NCBI GenBank assembly: GCA_963789955.1
Contig: CAWBMV010000021.1
Span: 32,001 to 96,000, forward strand
DNA: 64,000 nt
Origin: an uncultured Candidatus Rokubacteria bacterium
GTDB lineage: Bacteria > Methylomirabilota > Methylomirabilia > Rokubacteriales > CSP1-6
Direction: 5' to 3'
A program made the position numbers and the translations under genes. The number at the start of each line of letters is the position of its first letter. The first letter of the stretch is position 1. This document shows, piece by piece, positions 1 through 9,007 of this stretch. A model generated the notes under the pieces. The model did no database searches, was not told the origin of the DNA, and saw only the letters and a program-made list of their open reading frames with translations.

Positions 1-920
1 CGTCGGCCTGGATCTGCTGCGCCGGCTTCGTCAGCAGATAGTTCATGAACACCTTGGCGGCGTTCGGGTGGGGCGCCCCCTGCAGCAGGTTGATGCCACC
101 CATCAGGAGCATCACGCCGTCTTCCGGCACCACGAGCCGGAACGGGTGGGGCTTGGGCAGCTTCCAGATGTCGGCGGCCCCGACCTGTGTGGGATGAATG
201 AAGATGCCGTACTCGCCGCGCGCGACCTGCTTCGGCGCGTCGATCTCGGCCCGGGTCAGCGCCTTCACGTTGGCGATCACCTTTTTCAGATGCTCGTCAC
301 CGTAGGCCTTCCACGCGTACGCGGCCCAGCGTGAGCCCGGCGACGGCCCGATCGGCTCTGAGAGCACGATGAGCCCCTTGTATTTCGGGTCCTCCAGATC
401 CTTGTAGCTTCGCGGCCCCATCTCCGGCGGCACGAGCTTGTTGTTGACGAGGATGAAGTAGCCGCCGGCCGAGAAGTGCAAGCGTGTGACCGTTGCCCGC
501 CTTCAGGTCCACGAGCGGGTCCACGATCCACGGGACGCCGGCCTCGACCGCTGCGGGCAGAGTCCCGAACGCTTGATCGAGGCCCCGCGCCGCGAGGCGG
601 CGGTTCTCGGGACTGCCCGAGGAGCGCACGTCGATGCTCGGCTTGCCCGCGGCGCGCTCGGCGTTCCAGCGGGCTTCGAAATCACCGGTGCGGCCGGGCA
701 CCAGCTCGACGCGGATGCCGTAGAGACGCTCGAACTCGCGGGCTTGTCGCTCTGTCGCCGCGCCGGGCGCGCCGAAAAAGGACCAGACGACCACGCCTTC
801 CTTTTTGGCGGCCGCGACGGTCTCGTCCCACGTTTTCGTCTGTGCCATCGTCCCGGCGAACGGAAGGGCCAGGACAACCCCGAACACCACCAGCGCCAGC
901 AGACGTCTCTGTGGCTTCAC
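1..920 (-). CDS. ABC transporter substrate-binding protein (Fe3+/thiamine/polyamine-type), frameshifted near 482, runs off window edge
   Basis: Signal peptide and AAAKKEG.VV N-terminus in ORF 297..920; after a one-base shift near 482 the frame continues LHFSAGGYFILVNNKLVP...DLEDPKYKG...GAPHPNAAKVFMNYLLT to position 1. Confidence 0.85.
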
Positions 921-983
921 CGTGTCTCCCCTTGTCGTGCGGCGACCGGCCGCGCGGTCACGCGTCGGCGGCCGTTGTTGACG

Positions 984-2073
984 CTACGGGTGCGTTGGCC
1001 ACGCCCGGATTGCGCCCGCCGGAATCTGCAGCTGCACCGTCGCGCCAGCCGAGAAGGAATCGGTCACCGGGCCCGAGGCGCGCACGTGCGCGGTGCCCGA
1101 GCTTGACGACATATTCGACCCGCTCGCCGAGGTACATCGTCGAAACGATCGTGCCTTGCCAGCTCCCATTGCCGTCGACCGCGCACACTCGGACGTCCGA
1201 CGATCGGAGCGCCAGCACCACGGCCTCGCCGTCGTGCCACGGCTGGTCCGTGGCCAGCGGGACCGATCGCAGGCCTTGCACGCCATCCAGCCGCGCGACG
1301 TAGGCGCCGTCCGGCGTCCGCACGACGCGCGCATCCACATGATCGACCTGACCGAGGAAGTCCATGACGAACCGTGTGCGCGGCTGCTCGTAGATCTGTC
1401 GGGGGCTGCCGTCCTGCGCGATGCGCCCAGCGTTCATCACGAAGACCCGGTCGGAAAGAATCATCGCCTCGGCCTGGTCGTGCGTGACGAAGAGCGTGGT
1501 GACGCCGACCCGCTTCTGCATCTCCTTCAGCTCGAGGCGCATGTCTTCGCGCAGACGCGCGTCGAGGTTGGAGAACGGCTCGTCGAGGAGCAGCACGTCC
1601 GGATCGGCCACCAGCGCGCGGCCGAGGGCCACTCGCTGCTGCTGCCCTCCCGAGAGCAACGGCGCGGGGCGGTCGTGAAAGCCCTCCAGACCGAGCGTCT
1701 GGAGCATCGCCATCACGCGCTCGCGGATTTCCGTCGAGGGCACGCGCCGCTCGCGCAGCGGGAACGCGACGTTCTCGAACACGCTCATGTGCGGCCAGAT
1801 CGCGTAGGTCTGAAAGACCATGCCCATCCGCCGCTTGTCCGGCGGCACGAACACGCCGCGCGCGGTCGACGTCAACACGCGCTCGCCCACGCGCACCTCG
1901 CCCGCGTCGGGTTTTTCGAGACCGGCGATGAGCCGGAGCGTGGTCGTCTTGCCGCACCCGCTGGGGCCGAGCAAGGTCACGAGCGAGCCGGCGGGCACCT
2001 CGAAGTCGATCGAATCGACCGCGAGTGTCTTGCCGAAGGCCTTGGCGAGGCCGGTCGCGCAGATGTCTTTCAT
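984..2073 (-). CDS. ABC transporter ATP-binding protein (PotA/FbpC/MalK-like, TOBE tail), frameshift near 1093
   Basis: Walker A GPSGCGKTT, LSGGQQQR signature, LLLDEPFSNLD; plausible C-terminus (…VQLQIPAGAIRAWPTHP) in ORF 984..1340 frame. Confidence 0.9.
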
Positions 2074-2128
2074 GTCCCACGGAGCTGTCGCCGTGGCGAC
2101 CGCACTATCATGCCGTCGGGGCGCCCAG

Positions 2129-3526
2129 TCAAGGTTGCGTCGTGGCTAGCGCTTCCCTGGCCTCGCGGAACCCGCGCATGCGTCGACGAAGCTCCTGCGC
2201 AAGCGCCGGGTTCGACGCGAAATGCAGATGAACGTAGCTCATCAGCGTCCGGTTGATGAGGTAGCCCTCGGACCGCGCCTCGCCGCGCGCCGGCCTGATC
2301 TGATAGACCCGCGCGATCGAGTCCGGAACCGGGTCCATCGACGAGTAGTGAAACTCGTGGCCCCGCGCGATCGTGCCGGCGCCCCCGAGTGGCGCGTTGG
2401 CGGCGAAGACGACCTCCGTGTATCCGAGGCTCAGGCGGCGCGGCCGCATGCGCACGGTGGTGGGGAGCAGGCCGACCATCGGGTGGGCGACGCCGTCGAG
2501 GTCCTCCAGCGCCTCCGCGAGGTACATCAGCCCGCCACACTCGGCGTAGATCGGCTTGCCGGCTCCGGCGAACTCGCGCACCGCTTTGCGGATAGCGACG
2601 TTGGCTCCAAGCGCCGCCGCATGCAGCTCCGGATATCCTCCCCCCAGGTAGAGCCCGTCGACGTGCGGGAGCGCGGTGTCGGTCTGGGGACTCCAGAAGA
2701 CCAGATCCGCGCCGGCCGCGCGGAGCAGATCGAGGTTCTCGGTGTAGTAGAACTGGAAGGCGGCATCGCGGGCGACGCCGATCCGAACGCGTGAGGCGGC
2801 GCGCACCGTCGGGGCGCCGCGAGCGGCGTCGCCCAGCGGAGCCGCGACCGCAAGCAGCCGATCCAGATCAACCGATCTTTCGACGATCTCCGCGAGCCGA
2901 CTCCGCAGCTCTTGTGTCAGCGGCCCTTCAGTCGCGGTGACCAGCCCGAGGTGACGCTCCGGCAACGCGACGCTCGCATCGTGTTTGATCGCCCCGACGG
3001 GCACGGCGCGGCAACCCGACGCGATCGCGTCGCACACCCACCTGGCATGGGTGTCGCCGCCGACGCGGTTGGCGATCACGGCGCCGACCCGCAGCTCCGG
3101 ATCGAAACGCTCGAAGCCCAGCACGACGGCCGCGGCACTCCGCGACTGGCTCGACACGTCAATCACGAGCACCACGGGCGCATCGAGCCACTTCGCGATC
3201 TGGGCCGTCGAGCCGTCCTCGCTCGTGCCGTCGACGCCGTCGAAGCAGCCCATCATGCCCTCGATCACGACCAGGTCGGCGTCGATCCCGTGCCGGGCGA
3301 CGGTTGCGCGCACCGCATCGCGACCGCACATCCACCCGTCGAGATTGTAGGAAGGACGCCCCGTGACCAGCGCATGGAACCCGGGATCGATGAAGTCGGG
3401 GCCGACCTTGAACGCCTGGACCGTGAGCCCGCGCCGCCGGAAGGCCTCGAGCAGACCGAGCGTTACGGTGGTCTTGCCCACTCCGCTCGAAACGCCGCCG
3501 ACGACGAGGACGCGTGGCACGTCCAA
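2129..3526 (-). CDS. cobB: Cobyrinate a,c-diamide synthase (CobB/CbiA family); true end probably ~2146 after a late frameshift
   Basis: SSGVGKTT, FKVGPDFIDP, IEGMMG.FDG, LPERHLGL, GATase AECGGLMYL and GHEFHY, terminal SYVHLHF. Confidence 0.9.
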   Translation of the reverse strand: MDVPRVLVVGGVSSGVGKTTVTLGLLEAFRRRGLTVQAFKVGPDFIDPGFHALVTGRPSYNLDGWMCGRDAVRATVARHGIDADLVVIEGMMGCFDGVDGTSEDGSTAQIAKWLDAPVVLVIDVSSQSRSAAAVVLGFERFDPELRVGAVIANRVGGDTHARWVCDAIASGCRAVPVGAIKHDASVALPERHLGLVTATEGPLTQELRSRLAEIVERSVDLDRLLAVAAPLGDAARGAPTVRAASRVRIGVARDAAFQFYYTENLDLLRAAGADLVFWSPQTDTALPHVDGLYLGGGYPELHAAALGANVAIRKAVREFAGAGKPIYAECGGLMYLAEALEDLDGVAHPMVGLLPTTVRMRPRRLSLGYTEVVFAANAPLGGAGTIARGHEFHYSSMDPVPDSIARVYQIRPARGEARSEGYLINRTLMSYVHLHFASNPALAQELRRRMRGFREAREALATTQP

Positions 3527-3538
3527 CTTTGCCCGCCG

Positions 3539-5105
3539 TCACCCCGCCGCGGAGCCGTGCTTTGAGGTGCTCGGCGGCACGCAAGGCTAGAGCGGCAATG
3601 GTGAGCGTGGGCGGGGCCGCCGACGCCGTCACGAAGCAGCCGCTGCCGACCAGATAGAGATTGTCGACGTCGTGCGCGCGCAAATTCGGATCGACGACGC
3701 TGGCGCGAAGATCGGTGCCCATGCGATGGGTGCCGATCTGGTGCGCGGCCGGTGATATGAAGGTGAACCCGATCCCCGTGGCGCCGGCCGCCTGGAGAAT
3801 CATCGTCGCAACGCGCCGGGCAGCCTCGAGACCGTCCAGATCATAGCGGCTGAGGCGATAGGCGATGTGGGGCGCCGGGTTGCCGAAATAGTCCTTCACG
3901 CGCGGATCCAGCGAGATCGCGTTGGACGGATCGGGGAGGTGCTCTCCGTAGATGCGAATGCCCAGACGGGTTCCGAACTCCGCGCGCACGTGCCGGGCCA
4001 ATGCGTCTCCCGTGAGTCCGCTGGACTGTGCGATCTCATCGGGCCGCGGGCCCGCCGAGTTGAGAAATTCCAGCATGAAGCCCGCCCGCGCCGATCGGGC
4101 GCGATCGACGGCGAATTGGCGGGACATCGCCGTGGAAAACCCGATGCGATAGGGATAGACGTTGTCGGCGACGCGTCCGATAGCGTCGATGGACGGTTGA
4201 GCCATGAACCGCGTGCCGACGAAGCCGCTGCGGTTGGCCAGACCGCCCGGGAAGCGCGGCGACGCCGACAGGAGCAGGAGCCGGGCGTTCTCGATGCCAC
4301 CGGCAGCGAGCACGAACAGGCTCGCGGTCAGGCGCCTTTCCATGCGGTCGGGGTGGACATAGGCCGCGCGGACGACACGTCCCGTATCGTCGATCTCCAG
4401 CCGTACCACGTTCGCCTCCGACACTACGCGGACGTTGCCGGTCGACTCCGCAGCCGGTATATGGGTCAGGTCGACGCTCGCCTTGGCGCCGGTTGGACAG
4501 ACGTGGCAGGTGGAGCAGGCTTGACAGCGCGGCCGTCCGTCATACGCAACGGAGTTGCGGGCCTGGGGCAAGTGGTGGAAGCCGATTCCGAGCGTTGAGC
4601 AGGCTCGGCCAAACCGGCTGTCGCTGTAGCTGAACGGAAACTCCGGCAGGGGGAACGCGGTGCTCCGCGGCGAGCCCCACGGCTCGTCGGCGGCGCCGGC
4701 CACGCCGAGCGCGACTTCGGCCCGCGTGTAGTACGGCTCCAGGTCGGCGTAGGTCAGCGGCCAGTCGTCACCGTGACCGTAGAGCGAGCGCAGCCGAAAA
4801 TCGTCGGCGTGCAGGCGTAGCGCGTAGCCCTCCCAGTGCAAGGTGCTGCCGCCAACGCCGCGCACGCGCCGGTCGTCCAGGGCGTACCCGAGTCGACCGC
4901 CCACGGTATAACGATCGTGACCGGGCAACGGACTCCGCCAGGGGTTCTCACGCCGCAAATAGGCACGCACGTAGCTCCCGCGCCGAACGAAATCGTGACG
5001 CGGCCCAGACTCGAGCACGACCACCTTCACACCCGCGCGGCCGAGCTCGAGCGCCATGATGCTGCCGGCGGCGCCAGCGCCGACGATGCAGACGTCAGTG
5101 TCCAT
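3539..5105 (-). CDS. GMC family FAD-dependent oxidoreductase (gluconate/choline dehydrogenase-like large subunit)
   Basis: GAGAAG FAD motif, RGVGGSTLHW, CxxCxxCxxC, HQIGTHRMG, PTLTIAALALR; ORF-track read-through into cobB is removed by deleting one G in a G-run, giving TGA at ~3539. Confidence 0.88.
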
Positions 5106-5662
5106 CAGGACTCGGGACGGGTGTAGCGAACGAGATCACCACAGCGCCCTGGAAACGTCTGGTAATCGACCGTGGCCCAGCCAGCCGCGGATCTCCAGTA
5201 CGCCGCGATGAGCTCGGGGCCGAGGCTCGTTCGGATGAATCGAGCAACGTCCGTCACGGGCTCCTCTGCGATCGCCCGAACATCGAGACGATGACGCGCG
5301 ATCATCGCGGCGCGGTCGCCGAGCTCCAGGCTCCCGAGCTCGCGGCCGGCGAGACGATCGAGCTGCTGGGCGGCACCGCGGTAGAGGCCGACACGGTCAG
5401 TGGCGCGACTGACAGTGTCGACGATGGCCTCGATCAGCGCCGCGCGGCCGTCGGCGGAAAGCGATCGACCGTCCACGACTACCTCGCCGAAGGCGAGGAG
5501 CGTGTCGAGCTCAGCTGCCGACAACGGTCGCGGCTCCGAGGCACGCGCTGCGGCCGGCAGCAGCGCTGCGACGGAAATGAGGCCCCGCACGAGCCGCCCC
5601 GACTCTGCGACCAGCAACCCGACGCCGGCCGCCGCTCGCCGCAGCCACCGGCGTCTGGTCAT
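5105..5662 (-). CDS. Tat-exported small partner subunit of the GMC oxidoreductase (gluconate 2-dehydrogenase subunit 3-like)
   Basis: MTRRRWL twin-arginine signal, C-terminal YW...GW...Y..FPG motif; TGATG overlap with the GMC start. Confidence 0.6.
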   Translation of the reverse strand: MTRRRWLRRAAAGVGLLVAESGRLVRGLISVAALLPAAARASEPRPLSAAELDTLLAFGEVVVDGRSLSADGRAALIEAIVDTVSRATDRVGLYRGAAQQLDRLAGRELGSLELGDRAAMIARHRLDVRAIAEEPVTDVARFIRTSLGPELIAAYWRSAAGWATVDYQTFPGRCGDLVRYTRPES

Positions 5663-5699
5663 CGCCGCGATATCGGAGACGCGGCGACGGGCCTCGGGA

Positions 5700-6146
5700 C
5701 TAGCGGTTCGTCGTCGCCGCCGGCACGCACAGCAGTTGGATCGCTCCGAGGGCAACATGCTCGACGCCAGTCGCCGAGTTCACTTCCGTAAAGGGGTCAC
5801 GGACAGTAAACGGGAGCCGCGCGGGGTCGGCTCCGCTAACCGTATAACAGGCCACGGCGTTGCTCTCGCTTTCGAGAACAGGCGTCCCGGTTGACGGGCC
5901 GCTCTGTGTCACGCCAGTTGCCGGTAGATCGCAGAGCAGAACGAGCGCGTTGACTTTCACGACGTCGGTCGCGAAGTCATCGTGCACGCTGACGGTCTGG
6001 GGCTGATTCTGGCTGCCGTTCAGGATCAGGCGACACGTCGTGACTCTGCCCCCAGTTCCCATACCACCGCCCCCGTGGGCCGCCGGCAACGCGAAGACGA
6101 GACAGATGGTGGCGGCCAGAGTCGCCGCGGTAATGGTCTTGCTCAT
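5700..6146 (-). CDS. Secreted hypothetical protein with two internal Cys-containing repeats
   Basis: Signal peptide, RBS GAGGAG; repeats TC/CY...V.D.F...LLCDLPA and ...VRDPF...LLCVPA. Confidence 0.7.
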   Translation of the reverse strand: MSKTITAATLAATICLVFALPAAHGGGGMGTGGRVTTCRLILNGSQNQPQTVSVHDDFATDVVKVNALVLLCDLPATGVTQSGPSTGTPVLESESNAVACYTVSGADPARLPFTVRDPFTEVNSATGVEHVALGAIQLLCVPAATTNR

Positions 6147-6191
6147 GATGTCGCTTCTCCTCGGTTCGATGGTTGTCGATCTCGTGACGCG

Positions 6192-8855
6192 CTACTTCAC
6201 CACGATGATGAAGTCCTGGGCCCGGATCTGGGTCGTCGGACACCCGGTGTTGAGGCAGCCGGCGCTCCGGAACGTGGCGCCCTCGAGGACGCCGTTGTTG
6301 CCGCCCAGCGGCAACGCGACCGCGGGGAACTGGCAGAGCAGGTCGAGCCGCCCCGGGGTGATGCTCACGGCGCTGCACGTCCCCCGATTCTGGCTGTTCA
6401 GCTTCACGCCGACTCCGTTGAGCGTGAGCGTCTCCCGGATGGTCTGGTCCACGGCGTTGAACGTGGCCGAGCTCAGGATCGCCACCTGGACGTTGGCATT
6501 GGCGCCCTTGCTCAGCACCTTCGGATTCGATCCGGGCTTGATGTCGATCGCGCAGCGGACGCTGGTGCTGCCGCATCCGAACGCATCGGGCGTTCCGTCC
6601 TTGTCGACATCCGCGGCGTCGAAGGACGCCTGCGCCTGTTGAGCGTCCTTGTCACGTAGCTCGGTGAGGTTCTCGGCGCGGGCGCCCGAGCCAAACTCGA
6701 GGCTGGCCCGTGCGTTGTACTGCAGATTCTGCCAGTCGTCGTAGCCGACGAGCGCCGTGCCGCTGCCGTCGCAGCCGGCGGCCAGATACTTGTTGACGTC
6801 CGATATGACCGTGCCGCTGACAGTACCGTCGTGATTCCAGTCGATCCCGGTCCCGAAATTCGTGCACTGCCCTGAGCCGGAGGTACAGAAGGTACCCAGC
6901 TGGGCGACCTGCATGGTGATGGTGGCGCTCGTGCTGTACGTCGTGCGGCTGCCGTTGATGAACGGGAAATTCGTGATGTCGCCGACGCCGCCGCCCTCCG
7001 ATAGCGCGCTCTCGTTCAGCGTCGGCTGGGCACCGCGCGAATAGTCGAGCGGACGCGGCGAGAGAAAGTCCGGCAGCTGCCGGCTGTAGTTCATGACGCT
7101 GTAGTAGTTCGGCTTGCAGTTGACGTTGTCGCCGCCCCCGTGGCGTAGGCCCAGGTTGTGCCCCAGCTCGTGCATGACGGTGCCGGCCTGCTCATCGCTG
7201 GTACCGCGCTGAAAGTATGGATTCGTAGGGTCGGTGGGCCCGAAGCCGGCCAGCGCGATGACGGCGTCGTCACCGGGCAACTCGGCGCAGCCCGAGGCCC
7301 CGGTCTCCACGAGGCTGTGGGCGAAGATCATGTAACGGAAGCCGTAGCGCTTGGCGAACGGCGTGTTGCCGTTGCCGCTGTTGCGCTCGGCGGCCGTGCC
7401 AAACCAGCTGGCCCGCAGCGTGTCGAAGTCGGCGTCGCTCGAGCCGGGCGCGCTCGTGCAGGGCACCAGCGCGGTCAAGGTGGTGTGGGGAATCGCGTCA
7501 TCGACCTGGAAGTGCACACGGATCCCGGTCGGCACGTCCACCGGTGCGGCGGCGAAGGCCGCCTGAACGTTGGCGAGCGCTTGAAGATCAGGCGGATGGC
7601 CTTGCGGGTGCGTCGCGTCGGCGGTCATGTAGTCGATCTCGACGAAGACGTCCTTGATCGTCGTGCTCGCGCACTCGGTGGCGACGTTGAAGCTGCCGTT
7701 GAGGTCGGAGTCGACACACAAGATCGCGTCGCGCACACCATCGCCGTTGAAATCGATCCCGGGCAGACCGTCGGTCCAACGAGCCCCGTCCTCCCAGCAG
7801 TCCCAAAGCCCGTCGCCGTCGGTATCCTTCGGCACCGCTGGGATACCGTTGATGGTGGTGCGGTAGGGATCGATCACGCCGAGCGGCGCGTCGGGGCAAG
7901 CAGCCGGCGCGAAGACCTTCGCGGTCGGCGGCAGCCCGCAGGTACCGCCGGGAACGCGGAACGCCTGCATCTGATTGGTCGGGACGATCTTCGACCACAT
8001 GGCGTCGACATTGGCGCCGGCGAACGTGACCGGGTCGCACTCGAGGTCGGTGAGCGCGCCGTTGCTGCTGAAGGCAACCGTGGCGTGATCGGGGAGCGCC
8101 GCGCCGGTGATCTTGTCCACTCGGAGGATGGAGGTGCTGTTGCTGCAGGCAACCTCCAGCACGCCGCCCACGACCGTGAGGCCCTTGACCAAGCAGCCCG
8201 CCGGGGCCGGAAAGCTCGCCGGGTTCTGCGAGGCGCCCAGCGTGTTGAAGTGAAAGATGGTCGTGCCCGTGCTCTGGTAGAGCGTCTTGTTACTCGCATC
8301 CCAGGCCAGGCCGGAGCAGCTCGCGGTACCGCTCGGCTTCGGCACGGCCGTCAGGGTGCCGTCGCCGGTCACGGTGAACACGCTGTAGTCGATCGAGTAC
8401 AGCTCGCCGTTGTCGCCGCAGCCGAAGAGCACCCCGCGATCCGGCGCGAGGACGAGGCCCGCCCAGCCGTTGCCCGGCGCATACGCCTTGCCGCTCTTCG
8501 TGGTTTGGATCGTTGTGACGACGGCGCCGTTGGTCGGGCTGAGAAAGTAGAGGACCGAGCGGTCAGAAGCCTTCGGCGCGAAGCAGCTGGTGACGAGCAG
8601 CAGCGGCTGCCCGTTGATCACGCTCTGAGCAACGTTCAGCTTCGACGTCTGCACCAGCGCGAGCGCAGGCCCGACGGTCGGGCAGTTCGCCGCCGGAATC
8701 CCGACGGGAACGGTGCGAAGGACGGCCCCCGCGAATGTGTCGTCGGCGGTCGCTGCGAGCGCCGCGTCTGCAATGAAGACCGTGACCAACAAGAGGGCGA
8801 GCGCGCCAAGCAACAGACGACTCGCGCGCCGTGAACAATGCTCGATGATGTGCAT
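6192..8855 (-). CDS. Secreted multidomain metzincin-type zinc metalloprotease
   Basis: RBS GAGGAG before ATG 8855; signal peptide; HELGHNLGLRH (HExxHxxGxxH) followed by SVMNY Met-turn; DTDGDG/DFNGDG Ca-binding-like loops; N-terminal propeller-like region; C-terminal IDIKPG...VAILS domain. Confidence 0.85.
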   Translation of the reverse strand: MHIIEHCSRRASRLLLGALALLLVTVFIADAALAATADDTFAGAVLRTVPVGIPAANCPTVGPALALVQTSKLNVAQSVINGQPLLLVTSCFAPKASDRSVLYFLSPTNGAVVTTIQTTKSGKAYAPGNGWAGLVLAPDRGVLFGCGDNGELYSIDYSVFTVTGDGTLTAVPKPSGTASCSGLAWDASNKTLYQSTGTTIFHFNTLGASQNPASFPAPAGCLVKGLTVVGGVLEVACSNSTSILRVDKITGAALPDHATVAFSSNGALTDLECDPVTFAGANVDAMWSKIVPTNQMQAFRVPGGTCGLPPTAKVFAPAACPDAPLGVIDPYRTTINGIPAVPKDTDGDGLWDCWEDGARWTDGLPGIDFNGDGVRDAILCVDSDLNGSFNVATECASTTIKDVFVEIDYMTADATHPQGHPPDLQALANVQAAFAAAPVDVPTGIRVHFQVDDAIPHTTLTALVPCTSAPGSSDADFDTLRASWFGTAAERNSGNGNTPFAKRYGFRYMIFAHSLVETGASGCAELPGDDAVIALAGFGPTDPTNPYFQRGTSDEQAGTVMHELGHNLGLRHGGGDNVNCKPNYYSVMNYSRQLPDFLSPRPLDYSRGAQPTLNESALSEGGGVGDITNFPFINGSRTTYSTSATITMQVAQLGTFCTSGSGQCTNFGTGIDWNHDGTVSGTVISDVNKYLAAGCDGSGTALVGYDDWQNLQYNARASLEFGSGARAENLTELRDKDAQQAQASFDAADVDKDGTPDAFGCGSTSVRCAIDIKPGSNPKVLSKGANANVQVAILSSATFNAVDQTIRETLTLNGVGVKLNSQNRGTCSAVSITPGRLDLLCQFPAVALPLGGNNGVLEGATFRSAGCLNTGCPTTQIRAQDFIIVVK

Positions 8856-8918
8856 AGGTCTCCTCAGTAGCCGCAACGCCGATCCATCTCCGTTCGTTCC
8901 CGAATGAACCGCGAAGGC

Positions 8919-8947
8919 ATCGTAGGATCCGATCGCGAGACTGTCAA
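8919..8947 (-). promoter_or_regulatory. Sigma70-type promoter for the metalloprotease operon
   Basis: Minus strand TTGACA (8947-8942), 17-nt spacer, TACGAT (8924-8919), ~64 nt upstream of ATG 8855. Confidence 0.6.
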
Positions 8948-9007
8948 CGATAGCTCACGCCAATCGCCGCGGGCCGTCAAAAAATACGGCCAGAGCGCGC
9001 ACCACGA

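Noticed and set aside
3159..3538. C-terminal extension of the GMC oxidoreductase overlapping cobB
   Set aside because: Low-complexity Arg-rich off-frame text; one fewer G gives a stop at ~3539
2074..5760. Cobalamin riboswitch near cobB
   Set aside because: Intergenic gaps are too short and no B12-box-like sequence was recognised by eye; an Rfam/Infernal scan would settle it
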